Shown here piece after piece: positions 24,834-37,276 of a stretch of DNA of 64,000 nucleotides. The notes below the pieces were generated by a model. The model made no database searches and was not told the DNA's origin. It saw nothing but the letters and a program-made list of their open reading frames with translations. The stretch is from Antedon mediterranea (taxonomy: Eukaryota > Animalia > Echinodermata), in the NCBI RefSeq assembly GCF_964355755.1, contig NC_092672.1, positions 6,014,001 through 6,078,000 on the forward strand, written 5' to 3'. Position 1 is the first letter of the stretch; each line of letters begins with the position of its first letter. The position numbers were made by a program, and so were the translations under genes.

Positions 24834-27800
24834 GTAACTTTTGATGTACCATATTTTAAACAAATTTATAGGAAAAGAGTCATGTCAACAAAATTATACT
24901 GCAGTAAATAGTATTTACTGCAATTAGTGAATGAGAAGCGAGTCAGCCAGTGCAATCAATGTGTATGATCACCCAGAAAAAGCTTGCATAATTGTATAAA
25001 ACAGTCTAAATCTCTGTCTAAACTATCAATCTAGTTTGACAAAAATCGTGTGATGTGCCCAAATATGGTAGTGATATGCCCAAATAGGGTAGTGATATGA
25101 CATCATGATGTCTATATATGGCCACATCACTTAAAGTTTGTGTAGAGTAAACAAAAAGTAAGTTAAGTAACAGTCATAGAATAATTTTGGCATTGTCCCT
25201 AAAAACATCTATTCTAAATCAAAACAATAAAACAATAAAACAAACAAACATCTGCTTTATTCATTTGGTTTTATTTTGCTATATTTGCTGCTGACTTTTA
25301 ACCCAATAGTGTGAGTTATAGATCATTTTGCCAGATTCTCAATTAAACTACTGTAGCTACTATATAGATGGGCAGTGTCATGAACAGTATCACTCAAATC
25401 AAATTACCTATTTGAAATAATGGACTAGTCCATTCAGAAATTACTGAGGATGATTCTTAACGGTGAATTGAAGCATGTATTAATACTGAATATTTAAGGA
25501 GCATGCTGTAGTCAACGACGATCAAGCATTTTAATATTGCATTCGAAATCAAATTAAGAAATATGAGTCCAATATTCAAAATCATATTTTATTCATTAAA
25601 TAAATTCATTCAAATTTATTTTTTCTTCAACAATAATATGCATAATTGATAATAGAATATATTATTCCTCGGTGTCATTGAATTATTATAATCATATTTT
25701 ATTTATGGAAAAATGATGTTTATATTGCCACACAATTGGTAATTATTATTTTGAATAAAAAAAAAATTAAATGCAGTCATGGATGCTCTTTTTCTACATT
25801 GTACAGTTTTTTTTTCTTAAAAATGTACTTTCTTTTATATGAATAATAGTGAGTAAATAAATGAATTAAAATGTTAAAAAACAACATAAATTACTTTAAA
25901 CAAAAACGGGCAGAACAAATCAGTGATTTGTTCTGTGGGAGAGTCTTCGACTGAAGAGGCTACTCAATATAAAGAAATAATAATAATAAAAAAATAAAAT
26001 GTGAAAGGGCTATAGAAGTACACTACAGGTAAGGGGTTAAAACTTCATAAAACACATAGAATAGATTTTATTTCCTCCAAAAAAGGCACCTTGTTTTCAA
26101 GGGGTCCAGACTCCATGAAAACCTATTGGTCTATGTAGACTTGTACCAATAGAATTAGATGAATACATGCTAAAGCAGGTTAATGGCTTTCGCTTGATGC
26201 TTTCATTCATCCAGATATTGTCAACTCTGACATTTGAAAACATCTGTAAAATCTAGGCCTTTACCACACACACACTATAGAAAATAATTCAGAAGAGATT
26301 TGTTGATACTGGACATGACATGGCAAGATTGAAAACAGCACTTTTAAAAACATCATGCTATAAATTTTAGATATTATGTAATGATTTGATCATTGTCCTA
26401 CCTACACAATTTTTTGCTTCATGTGAAATAAACTGTGATTATTGTAGCCATGAGAAATAAGTGTTACGGTTTTTGCAAGAAAGGGGAACAATTTCTGTTT
26501 CAAGCCACTTAGTTGTCAAAAGCCTCTGTGAAAAAGTGGTCAAGTTGAAACCTTACCAACCGTACTGATTGCTACGATCCTGATAAATAAAATGGTTTAA
26601 AAATAGAAAGATAATATATTATTGTTTTTCAATCAGTAAATTTCCAAGTGTTTCAAATAACAGGCTGTAAAATGTAGGAAAATGTTGGAATAAAAGTATT
26701 TCAACCAATACATTTTTAGTAAAGGTACCGCAAACAGTAGCTCCAACCTGTATGTACTCACAAAGAATTGCATTTTCATGCATTTTTTCTGTTTAACTAT
26801 TTAGATTAACAATATAAAAATAGAAATTCGTAAACATTTATACTTCTTACAATGTGATTTATTTTAAAACAAAATGTCGAAACTAAATAAAATTTGAAGG
26901 AATTTTTCAGGCAATTGGGTTTTAATGTTATCTGGGCACCCTAGCTGCAGGCTGAACATTAGTAAAGGCATGTTGTGTTTACATTCTTAGTACTAATAGG
27001 ACATGACAGGGTATACAACCAAAACTTTGTGAGCATTAATTGTCATAAAATCTTACCCATGTAAAAAATCGCATTTTGCTGGTGTGACATATTTGACATT
27101 TTGGTCACATCACGAGAGCGCCATTTGCTTAGTTTAATTGATAAAAGCATAAAGTGAATTCAAATAAAATAGAACACGCAAATTTATAGAGAGGTTTGGA
27201 GTGTGTACTGATGGACTACCTACAGTTATCACAAATTCATTAAACATTAAAAAATCATCATTTAAAGATTTTCCACTAGGCAAATTTGTTTGCGCGATTT
27301 TTTTCTCTGCGAAATATTGGATTCACACAAACAAATTTATCTAGTTAGATGTTTGAATTTTCTAATTTAAAAGAGAGGGGAGTTGTTCGACTATACCATT
27401 TATGTACAGAGGGTTCAACAAACTTTTTTTTTATCATATTGTCACGCAAACAACCTGTTATACCACTTTTGTTTTCTCTCAGAAATCGGACAGAACTAAC
27501 CAATCAATATACACTAGTATTGCACCAGTAAAACTGATAGGCAATGTTCAATGCAATAAACATTAATTGCTTTTGAATTCAAATGCCTTCAATATACAAT
27601 CATTTTCTCCAGATTCTATATCAGATATTGAATTTCAAAGTCGAATGGCATAAAAACTGAAAATCAATATCGAACGAGAAAACAACACCAGGAATGTAAC
27701 TCCGAGAAGATGTTTTATCACTGGTAATGATCAAAGAAAATTTTATAATAAAATAGAAAATATTTATACAATCAAAATAAATTTATTTAATTTTGATTTA

Positions 27801-28346
27801 AATGCGCTAAGGGATCGTGTTGAAATTATTATATTGCAATTTCTGTAGTGACTACATTTACTGCAATAACTTAACTAAATAAATAACTTGCATAAAGCCA
27901 CAAAAATTAGCTGGCTATAAATAATTGTATAAACAGGTAAAAATACTAAATAAAATGTAGTTACTAAAATATCTGCAGTAACTACATGTAACCTAATATT
28001 CATAAAATATTCTGTTCGCACATCAGCGCCTGTGTGAGAATGATGTTTAATATAAAGCGTAGCATTAATATGTGTATATATTGGACGTTCGTATGTTACC
28101 CTATCTTGCAATGGCTTTAGGCTCAGAAGCAATGAAATCTATTACATGCCTATATTATAACTGATTTCATTTGCAGTATTTAGTCAAATAAATTAATAAT
28201 TTGATTTAATAATTAAAATTATTAAATTAATTATTTTTAAACACAAAAATAATTGAGTACTGCTCCGATAAATAATCTTGATACATTTGTTGTTACTATT
28301 TCATCATAACTTAATTTAACTACCTACCCTATTCTACCTATAGTAT

Positions 28347-29081
28347 TGTAATATAATGTTGGGTTGTTGAGGTACTAAAGAAGGACTCTGACTCGCTTGG
28401 CTGTCGTAACACTATATTATTTATTCAGTATAATACTTCAGTACAATATACAACTATAAGTATACATAAGGAACGGACGATCTATGATTGATGCTGTCAG
28501 TGAGGTGTGAAGTGTGTAGGTCTGCTGTGAGGTGTGTGCTCCGTGAGGTGGCTGTAAGGTGTGTGCTCCGTGAGGTGGCTGTAAGATGTGTGCTCCGTGA
28601 GGTGGCTGTAAGATGTGTGTTCCGTGACGTGGTTGTAAGATGTGTGTTCCGTGACGTGGTTGTAAGATGTGTGTTCCGTGACGTGGTTGTAAGATGTGTC
28701 TGGGCCCTTCTGAAACTTGGGAGTATATTGGCTCAGTTCATTTGCATAATGTCACTACATCATCTGTGAGGGTAACGATTGGTCCTAAGTTGGTCCAGGG
28801 GTGTTTAAGTGGGAGTGATTAACGGTATAATAAGGTATTTCTGTGATGGATGACACTGTCAAATCTGTACTTAAATAGTGTCAATCACTCCTGGTTTTAA
28901 CGATGGGAAAGTCACAAAATTAAGCTAAGTGTTTTCTTTAGGGATTCTATTATAAACTAAATGGTCATTAAAACATCTGGACAAACTCTCCTTCGGACTT
29001 TCTGGGTCAAGTTTGTGAACCTATTTGAATTCCGATACAAAGGTCAATTTCTTAAATATAAAAGTATATCTTTATATCACA
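28347..29081 (-). repeat. 3' LTR (735 bp)
   Basis: Direct repeat of 31323-32057. The only differences I saw are GG vs TC near the left end. Confidence 0.96.
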
Positions 29082-29110
29082 TCCCTCTGTTTCCCTTTTT
29101 TTTTTTTTCT
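29082..29110 (-). promoter_or_regulatory. Polypurine tract
   Basis: Minus strand (A)nGGGAAACAGAGGGA immediately before the 3' LTR. Confidence 0.85.
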
Positions 29111-29982
29111 AATCTATTTAACATATAAAAATGGTTATAATAGTGGCATGCAAAATTAAAGTTATATAAAAGAAAAAAACATTATTATACATATAAGCAA
29201 AAATTGAGTTAGCCAAAACCATTGACTCTGAAGTGTAACCTTATCACTTTCACTCTCTCTCTTCTCTCTCTTAAAAAAATTAAAATCAAAAATGAATTTG
29301 GTATAAAATTCGCGTAAATCAAACATAAATCAGTTAAAAATAAAATTACAAAACTTAAAAATAGTATGTTACATTGAACATACATCAAATCGTGCGACAA
29401 CTCATCGCATTCTAATGGCCTTCAAACATAAATCATCAAATCAAAACATAAAACTCAAGAAACTGTGGCTGATTAGCCTAAAATCAAAATATCAAACTTA
29501 ATCACTTAAAACTTTAAAAGAAACAAATGTGTGTGTCCCGTTGACACAAACTTATCCACAATATATCATTATCGTCACAACTTTATCGATTTAAGCATTT
29601 ATATTTACAGGTAATTACGATTTCAATCGGTCGGCAAATTCGACTTTTGTACTCAATGTTAAAAAAATTACAATTAAAAGTACTAAGAAAATCTCCTGTT
29701 ATTGTATATCAATTAATTAATGCTTGAGATTAACGACTCAAAGGTTCAACAAAATATTTGTTACAAAATGATTGTCGTTCTTTTCAATATCTCAATATAT
29801 CGATCATCAAAATTCAAAATTAATCATTATCAAACTCGTTACAAAATCAATACTTAAACATAAATTCAATTCTCTTTTAACTGAAATCACATCATTACTA
29901 AACAAATCTCATCAAATACGTAGACTATGCTATCATTTAGCAAATGTCGTAATTTAAAAATAATCTTGCAAAAAAATTTAAA

Positions 29983-30402
29983 TCAGTAATTTGTTGCATT
30001 ATACAAACGTTTTATGAATCGTTTTGGCGATCCACTTATCGGTATCTGTTTATCTTTAATGATCTCTTTAATCAATTTATCTGTATCGTTATATCTGTCA
30101 ATATTCCACCAAAATTTGCGATCATTAGATTCGTGTTTTGTTTTATCAGTGTTGCGTTTGGCTGAAGTCGGTTTAGAATACGAAACTAAAACTTGGAAAT
30201 GTCCTGCTTTAAATCTACCTCGGTTTAATGTCATATTTGAATCATTAGGTGCTGTCATAATTAGATTAGTTTGTTCCTTAATTTGTTCTTCTTTCATTTG
30301 GAATGGGGCTGCTAATCCCATGTTATTCTCTACACAGTCAATGTAAGGTTGCAAGTTAAGGGGTTCTACTTTAGTTGGATGTGTAAGGGTATCTGATTGC
30401 AA
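29983..30402 (-). CDS. 139-aa ORF of unknown function on the sense strand of the LTR element
   Basis: Longest internal ORF, with a non-ATG start in the track; no recognisable gag, pol or env motif. Confidence 0.25.
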   Translation of the reverse strand: MQSDTLTHPTKVEPLNLQPYIDCVENNMGLAAPFQMKEEQIKEQTNLIMTAPNDSNMTLNRGRFKAGHFQVLVSYSKPTSAKRNTDKTKHESNDRKFWWNIDRYNDTDKLIKEIIKDKQIPISGSPKRFIKRLYNATNY

Positions 30403-31309
30403 TTGGGTTGGTGTCCTATCATGTTCGTTGATAAATTAAACATTGTTTTCGTCATTTACTACGTTAACGGTGTTCTTAATTTTCTCATTATTATTATCGG
30501 CGGGTTTATTCAACAATTATTTTAACAATTTAAAAAACAATTTTAGTGTATATATATGTAAACTCTCACTTTTCAATCAAGGTTACAAATCAAAATGGTT
30601 TTGACTTACCCCAAATGCTTCGGATCCAATTAAAATTGAATTAAAGGAATGCAAAAAGTGTTCAAAAATGTTTAAATGTTCAAACAACGAATTAAAGAAA
30701 TGTTAAAGGTGCTCATCAATGTTCAAATTTTCAAACAACGAATTAAAAAAAATGCGAAAGGTGTTCATCAATGTTAAAAAAAGTAAATGTTTAAAAAAAA
30801 AACGATAAAAAAAACGGCGTGAAGTTGAAAGTCTCTAAACAAAACAGTTCTTGTCCGCTTGCTTCTGTTTTGATTCTTCTTGGGTCTTCCTCGATTATCT
30901 TCTTTGTCTTTATCCAATGGTTATAATTTCATAAAATTTCTGCTTGTCTCGATTTCATTCAAATATAATTTCAGCTTGTCTTTTGTGTCTTCTTCGATTA
31001 TCTTCTTTGTCTTCATCCAATGGTAATAATTTGATAAAATTTCTGCTTGTCTCGATCTCATTCAAATATAATTTCAGCTTGTCTTTTGTGTCTTCCTCGA
31101 TTATCTTCTTTGTCTTTCATCCAATGGTAATAATTTGATCAAATTTCTGCTTGTCTCGATCTCATTCAAATATAATTTCAGCTTGTCTTTTGAGTCAAAG
31201 TAAATTTCTCTCCTTTCAAACAAATATGGTTATTTTTGTCTTTGTCTTCGTCTTCGTGTCTTGTTAAGTGTTTATTTCTTGTTTTCTCACTCCGTTCCTT
31301 ATGAAATTT

Positions 31310-31322
31310 GGGTCTTCCACCA
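31310..31322 (-). promoter_or_regulatory. Primer binding site
   Basis: Minus strand TGGTGGAAGACCC directly after the 5' LTR. TGGTGGA matches the 3' end of tRNA-Ala only partly, so the primer identity is uncertain. Confidence 0.75.
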
Positions 31323-32057
31323 TGTAATATAATGTTTCGTTGTTGAGGTACTAAAGAAGGACTCTGACTCGCTTGGCTGTCGTAACACTATATTATTTAT
31401 TCAGTATAATACTTCAGTACAATATACAACTATAAGTATACATAAGGAACGGACGATCTATGATTGATGCTGTCAGTGAGGTGTGAAGTGTGTAGGTCTG
31501 CTGTGAGGTGTGTGCTCCGTGAGGTGGCTGTAAGGTGTGTGCTCCGTGAGGTGGCTGTAAGATGTGTGCTCCGTGAGGTGGCTGTAAGATGTGTGTTCCG
31601 TGACGTGGTTGTAAGATGTGTGTTCCGTGACGTGGTTGTAAGATGTGTGTTCCGTGACGTGGTTGTAAGATGTGTCTGGGCCCTTCTGAAACTTGGGAGT
31701 ATATTGGCTCAGTTCATTTGCATAATGTCACTACATCATCTGTGAGGGTAACGATTGGTCCTAAGTTGGTCCAGGGGTGTTTAAGTGGGAGTGATTAACG
31801 GTATAATAAGGTATTTCTGTGATGGATGACACTGTCAAATCTGTACTTAAATAGTGTCAATCACTCCTGGTTTTAACGATGGGAAAGTCACAAAATTAAG
31901 CTAAGTGTTTTCTTTAGGGATTCTATTATAAACTAAATGGTCATTAAAACATCTGGACAAACTCTCCTTCGGACTTTCTGGGTCAAGTTTGTGAACCTAT
32001 TTGAATTCCGATACAAAGGTCAATTTCTTAAATATAAAAGTATATCTTTATATCACA
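31323..32057 (-). repeat. 5' LTR (735 bp)
   Basis: Direct repeat of 28347-29081, adjacent to the PBS. Confidence 0.96.
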
Positions 32058-32706
32058 GTATGTTGCACTGTATTTCATAATATCTGCCGTAATTTGTGAT
32101 AAAATTGTCAATTTATTACAATGTCCAACAGGTTATTACAAAGTTCGACAACTTTATTACAAAATGTGATCCCATTTTTGGAAATAATAAAATTTAAACT
32201 GGCTCAAAACATAGAAAACGTAACCAGACCATGTGCATATTGGCAGCAAAACGCTATTAAAAGGTTTATTTTATTAATTTTACCTTCCTCTTAATATCAT
32301 TTGTATCCACAGTTGATTTAGGGGAAAGGAGGGTACGGTAGGGGATGTTTTTGAGGTCTATTGTATGCCTCAAATTCAGCAAGTAGATATAGAATTTCAG
32401 TTTTTACCGTCAGATTAAAAATTGAACTTCTGCACACTAAATATTACTGTCTACACTATTTTTGCTCAGGTGAACTATAATTTGCGATACTTATGTAATC
32501 CTAAATCTTTTTGAATAATATGTTGATCATTTACATCATCGCGCCGCCCACTCGTTTTTATACGACCATATTGTGCTATCTCTAGAGCAATGGTCTTGAA
32601 ATTTGAAGATTGCACACTGAAAACAGATGTTTATGTAAAATGCTATATCAACCAAGCATTTAATATCGATATTCTATATATATATATACTTTTCAACGTA
32701 TGATTG

Positions 32707-32746
32707 TTATTACCTCCGCCAAGGAGGTTATGTTTTCACCCCTGTA

Positions 32747-32798
<52 letters not shown>

Positions 32799-33052
32799 CA
32801 GCCTGGAGGCCACAGTTTTTATCCGATTCTAACCAAATTTTGACACAATGATCTATGCCCAAAAAGCTCGGACGATTTCGAATTTGAGGGGGAAAGGTCA
32901 TAGGTAAAGGTCACAACTAACAAAAAACTATTTTACTGCCTAGAGACCACAGTTTTGATCCGATTCTCACCAAACTTAGCCACAATGATCAATGACACAT
33001 CATATAATTGTGGTTGCATTTTGAAGGGTCAGGGTCAAAGATCAAGGTCCAC

Positions 33053-33092
<40 letters not shown>

Positions 33093-33300
33093 TGGGACTT
33101 GAACCAGCGATCTCAACTGTGAGAGGCTGGATACATAACCATTACACCACACTGTCATCCACAACTTTGTAGTGTGCACTTAACATATTTACACTTAGAA
33201 CTAATAAAAAAAAAATGAAAAAAAAAATATTCAGGGGGAATTTTATGTAGGGGAATTTTACAGTAGGCGGAGGTTTGTACTCTCGGAGTACCCTCTAGTT
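32707..33300 (+). mobile_element. Helentron-associated non-autonomous element (HINE/DINE-1-like), family 1
   Basis: 5' ACCTCCGCCAAGGAGGT hairpin, (GT)n microsatellite, subterminal inverted GGCGGAGGT, 3' GTACTC-TCG-GAGTAC hairpin, CTAGTT end. Inverted copy at 58715-59204. Confidence 0.8.
33091..33156 (-). ncRNA. tRNA-derived Pol III cassette inside the HINE (not a functional tRNA)
   Basis: GACAGTGTGGTGTAATGG (A box)...CTCTCAC (Glu-CTC-like loop)...GGTTCAAGTCC (B box), followed by 37 T. No acceptor stem. Confidence 0.55.
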
Positions 33301-33511
33301 TGTATATATTTTTATGTAATAATTATTTTAATGTGTCTTCATAGAATCAACGCCGGTTTTATATTGCGCTACATATAATTTAACTGGGGTATGCTCATTC
33401 TAGAGCTCCAACAAAACAAACAAGCCTTTATTTACGGACGGGTTACGAAGGATGAACGTTAAATAGACCAAATACAATCTTGATAATGTACGGAATGGTG
33501 TTTGGTAGACT

Positions 33512-33838
33512 TTAATTTTATTATTTATACTTTATACTGGGTAGCCTCTTTAGTCTGACTGTTCAGAGAGAGAGAGCCCAGTGTTATGATGAGTTTGTGA
33601 CAGTGGCTGTGTGAACTAGCACACCGCGGTAACCTCCTACTCGTCTCGAAAGATGTATTAGGTTGCACATGAGCCAGATGTGTACACGGGACCTCTGGTT
33701 TATAGTCCTTATCCGTAAAAAGTTGGAAGAAGAAGAGTACCACCAGAACCATAGAGCGAATGAGCCTCGAACCCTTGCCGATGTTATGGCTACGTATTAC
33801 GTTCCATGTGTATTAACCGCTTGGCCACTCACTCGCTC
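33512..33838 (-). mobile_element. Near full-length tRNA-head SINE with Deu/Nin-like domain
   Basis: Minus strand GTGGCCAAGCGGTT (A box), GGTTCGAGGCTC (B box), GGATAAGGACTATAAACCAGAGGTCC core, A-rich tail. Confidence 0.7.
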
Positions 33839-35239
33839 ATGCGCATGTGCATATATTACTGTTTTGTATAATAATCATATAACGAAGATAAAGATCAAAA
33901 TGTCAAATCATGACTTCCCTGTCATTGTTTATTGTTTGCTTATACTACTGTACATGATGACGTTAAATAAACAAGGAAGAAACAAATACCCTCCTAACAT
34001 AATTTTGTGATATAGAATTAGGCCTTCTGCATTATCTCATTTTACACTTAAAATAAACATTAACGTCATCACAACTTGCCGGAGTTCTCCATTTATTATA
34101 TACAACACTGAAACCGCAACGAATTGATGCTTGGTCAATATGAATATTGCGATAAATTTGTTGTGAGAAAAAAAAATTTGATTGATAACGTAACCTTTAA
34201 CCATTTCAATATTAATGCGACATGAAAAGGTTAAATATTGTACTGTATATTTTCTTATAATTTATGATCTAAATAAACAATGGCAATTTTTGATTGCTTA
34301 AAGACTAGATTATCTACTCATCACAAAGTTTATTACTTTGTGAATATGCTTACGTAATGCATTGTTAATGCGTTAGGACTCGAATCCACGATCTCCAGAT
34401 CACTAGACTGGAGTTTATATCTCTAGACCACAAGGCTTGAATTAAAAAAAATGTATGCATTTTTATTACAAGAGAAAATTTATTCAATAATATAATGTAA
34501 CTTCAATGAAAAATTTAAAAAATATAAATTTGGGGGAAAAATTAACTGGAAGCCAATCGTCTGCAATGTTGTAAAGTGAAATCATTTTTGTTGTTTAAAA
34601 AAAAAAAATATGACATGGCCTATCCAAAGTTTGATTTTATTCATCTTTATTTACCTAAAAAGGTTTTTATTGGAGGGGACAATACATCTTTAAGAGCTAA
34701 AAATCATGAGTTTTCTATATATTAATTTCTAATACAAATTATGCGAAACATAGTAATATTCATAAAAGGTATAATTGGCATCGTGTTCGGTCAGGCGAAT
34801 CAACAAAGAATACCTTATCAATTCCTATGAGCTTTTTTGTCGTTTAATTAGCGTTGGTGTACCAAATATAGCTCTAGAACTACATCTATTTTTAGCATCC
34901 GTTTAGCCTTCATTTGCGTAAGAGCAAAGCATGATAATGATATGTCCGGCTGCTACTAAGTACTGATAAGATAGGCTATTCATTTTTACTACTCTGGCTT
35001 CCCTTCACATAGCATAACAAATAATAGTACTTTACAATAGCAATACATTACGTTTATTACACTTTTTTCAGTCATTGTGTTCATCACTGACACTATAAAA
35101 AAAATAAATTAGGTAATTTTTAGTAATTAATGTATATGATTATTTTAGTAGTATTTTTATATTATTATTTTTTAGTTATATTTTTAATTATGAAATCAAC
35201 TTTAACCTGAAATGTATTTCTTAAAGTAAAACAAGTTTC

Positions 35240-37132
35240 GTCACACCCTTTAATTGCTAGTTCATTTAATGATTTTTTTGTTTCTGTTTTTAACCTACCC
35301 ATAATTCCCAGCTGTGAACCTCTGGTTTGTAATGTCCCAATCCCTGAACTTTCTCAACTTAACTTTAACGTCTACAATGTTGAGAAGGTGATTAATGGAC
35401 TTTCATCTAATAAATCTCCAGGTCCTGATTCCGTGCATCCATACATATTGAAATCTGCTTCCGAATTTATTGCTCCACCATTATTTAATTTGTTTAACTT
35501 GTCCCTGCGTATGGGGGAAATCCCCGCTAAGTGGAAAATGTTCCATATCACTCCTATATTTAAATCTGGTGATAAAAATGCAATTTGTAATTACAGACCA
35601 ATATCCCTTACCCCTATTTGTTCGAAACTGCTTGAAAAAATACTGTTTTCAAGTATATCTGATCACGTTGCTTATAATTGTCCAGTTACTGATGTCCAGC
35701 ACGGTTTTTTCCCCTCACGTTCCTGTGTTACCCAACTTACCAACCTAACTCATTCCTGGGCATCTTCGCTAGATAAAACTAAAGCCCCCAGAATTGATGT
35801 TATCTTTCTCGACTATGCCAAAGCGTTTGATAAACTGCCTCACCATATTATTTTAAATAACCTGGCTAGTCACTTTAATATCAGAGGCAATGTCTGGAAA
35901 TGGATCAAGTCATTTCTATTGGGACGTTCCCAAAGAGTCTTGTATCAAGGATCCATTAGCCCATCATCCCCAGTTACCTCTGGCATACCACAGGGCAGCG
36001 TACTTGGACCCCTTATTTTTAACTTATTTATAAATGACCTTCCCTCATCTATTATTTCTCCATGTGCATTGTTTGCCGATGACACGATAATTTATAGAAA
36101 TATATTTACTGTAGACGATGAAGTTGTTATTCAGTGCGATCTGATCAGGCTTTCCTCTTGGTGTGATCTAAATGAAATGGAGCTTAACTTAAATAAAACC
36201 AAGGTTCTCCACATTACAAGATCAAGGAAAGAGTATAGACCTGTTTATCGTATAAATGACTTGCCTATTAAATCCGTATCTAGTCATTGTCATCTGGGGG
36301 TCACGATTAATAGTGAACTTACTTGGGATGACCATGTAAACTTAATTATTTCTCGTTCAAATCGAATGTTGGGTTTTATTACTAGTATTGCAGGAGGATC
36401 ATCCCCTTCAGCTATTTTCTCACTCTATAAAGCTCTCATTGTCCCCATCCTTGAATATGGTGTCCCAGCGTGGTTGCTTCGAACCAAAAAACTTACAGAA
36501 CGTATCGAGGCAGTCCAGCGAAGGGCTACTAGGCTTGTCCTTAAACAAACAAGAGGTGAAATGGAATACGAGGAACGTCTCACTAAGCTAAATTGGCCTA
36601 CACTATCTAATCGAAGAAATTATCTTCTGTTATCCTTTGTTTGTAAATCACTTATTGGAACGGTTGATTGTAGTATTGTTTCTCAATCTATAGTTGTTAA
36701 TGGCCATCACCTTGATACACTTAAGTTCATTCATCACTATGCTCGAACCAATTGTCTTCATCATTCCGCTATTAATATATTCCCTAGGTTGTGGGAAGAA
36801 TTACCGGAAATGATTAAAAATTGTTTAATTTTAGACAGTTTTCAAATATTTTTAAATTCACTTAAATCACATGTTTTATATTGACTTTGTTGAATCGACT
36901 ATTATGTATTTTATCCGTTTATTTTATATTGACACTGTTGATTCGTCTTTTTGTTTTTTAAATATTTTTATATAGTTTATTTTATATCATTGTTGTTACT
37001 TTGGGAGTACGGAACCTGAACTCTTGTTATAGTGATTAGGTTCACTTTTAGGTTCCTGCCTACTCCCTTAGTTTCTGTGTTTTGTTGGTTTGTAACTGGT
37101 TTTTGGCAATAAATAATAATAATAATAATAAA
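35240..37132 (+). mobile_element. 5'-truncated CR1/L2-group non-LTR retrotransposon
   Basis: Open ORF2 remnant from about 35240 (IASSFNDFFVSVF) to 36884, then a 3'UTR with a stem-loop and an AATAA(AT)/(AAT)n tail at 37108-37132. No endonuclease domain. Confidence 0.93.
35388..36884 (+). CDS. Reverse transcriptase (LINE ORF2, N-terminally truncated)
   Basis: KSPGPD, NYRPISL, QHGF, DYAKAFD, GIPQGSVLGP, FADD, HLGV, VQRRATR...YEERL; no internal stop. Confidence 0.93.
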   Translation: MINGLSSNKSPGPDSVHPYILKSASEFIAPPLFNLFNLSLRMGEIPAKWKMFHITPIFKSGDKNAICNYRPISLTPICSKLLEKILFSSISDHVAYNCPVTDVQHGFFPSRSCVTQLTNLTHSWASSLDKTKAPRIDVIFLDYAKAFDKLPHHIILNNLASHFNIRGNVWKWIKSFLLGRSQRVLYQGSISPSSPVTSGIPQGSVLGPLIFNLFINDLPSSIISPCALFADDTIIYRNIFTVDDEVVIQCDLIRLSSWCDLNEMELNLNKTKVLHITRSRKEYRPVYRINDLPIKSVSSHCHLGVTINSELTWDDHVNLIISRSNRMLGFITSIAGGSSPSAIFSLYKALIVPILEYGVPAWLLRTKKLTERIEAVQRRATRLVLKQTRGEMEYEERLTKLNWPTLSNRRNYLLLSFVCKSLIGTVDCSIVSQSIVVNGHHLDTLKFIHHYARTNCLHHSAINIFPRLWEELPEMIKNCLILDSFQIFLNSLKSHVLY

Positions 37133-37276
37133 GGAAATATAATTCAATAAAACATATTGAGTAAGATATGAGTAAAGTAAAAAATTAAATGATATTGGAT
37201 TGTGTATTTTACTTGTTTTTATTTTAAGGAAGAAGATTATTGGTTATTTTAAATATTTAAAATATATATTTTTCAG

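Larger units (their letters stand above)
28347..32057 (-). mobile_element. Young non-autonomous LTR retroelement (Gypsy-type structure, 3.7 kb)
   Basis: Two 735-bp TG...CA LTRs; 4-bp TSD GTAT (28343-28346 and 32058-32061); PBS and PPT place it on the minus strand; no pol motifs in the 2241-bp interior. Confidence 0.96.

Noticed and set aside
28488-28769. 93-aa Cys/Val/Arg repeat ORF (duplicate at 31464..31745)
   Set aside because: Translation of the 27-bp LTR repeat on the element's antisense strand.
33091-33156. Functional tRNA-Glu gene
   Set aside because: No acceptor stem, a poor T-stem, and it is embedded in a TE.
33663-34010. LADVM in this ORF resembles GRK2 exon 1 (LADVSYLM)
   Set aside because: It is the antisense of a SINE head, lies between exons 3 and 4, and lacks the rest of the motif.
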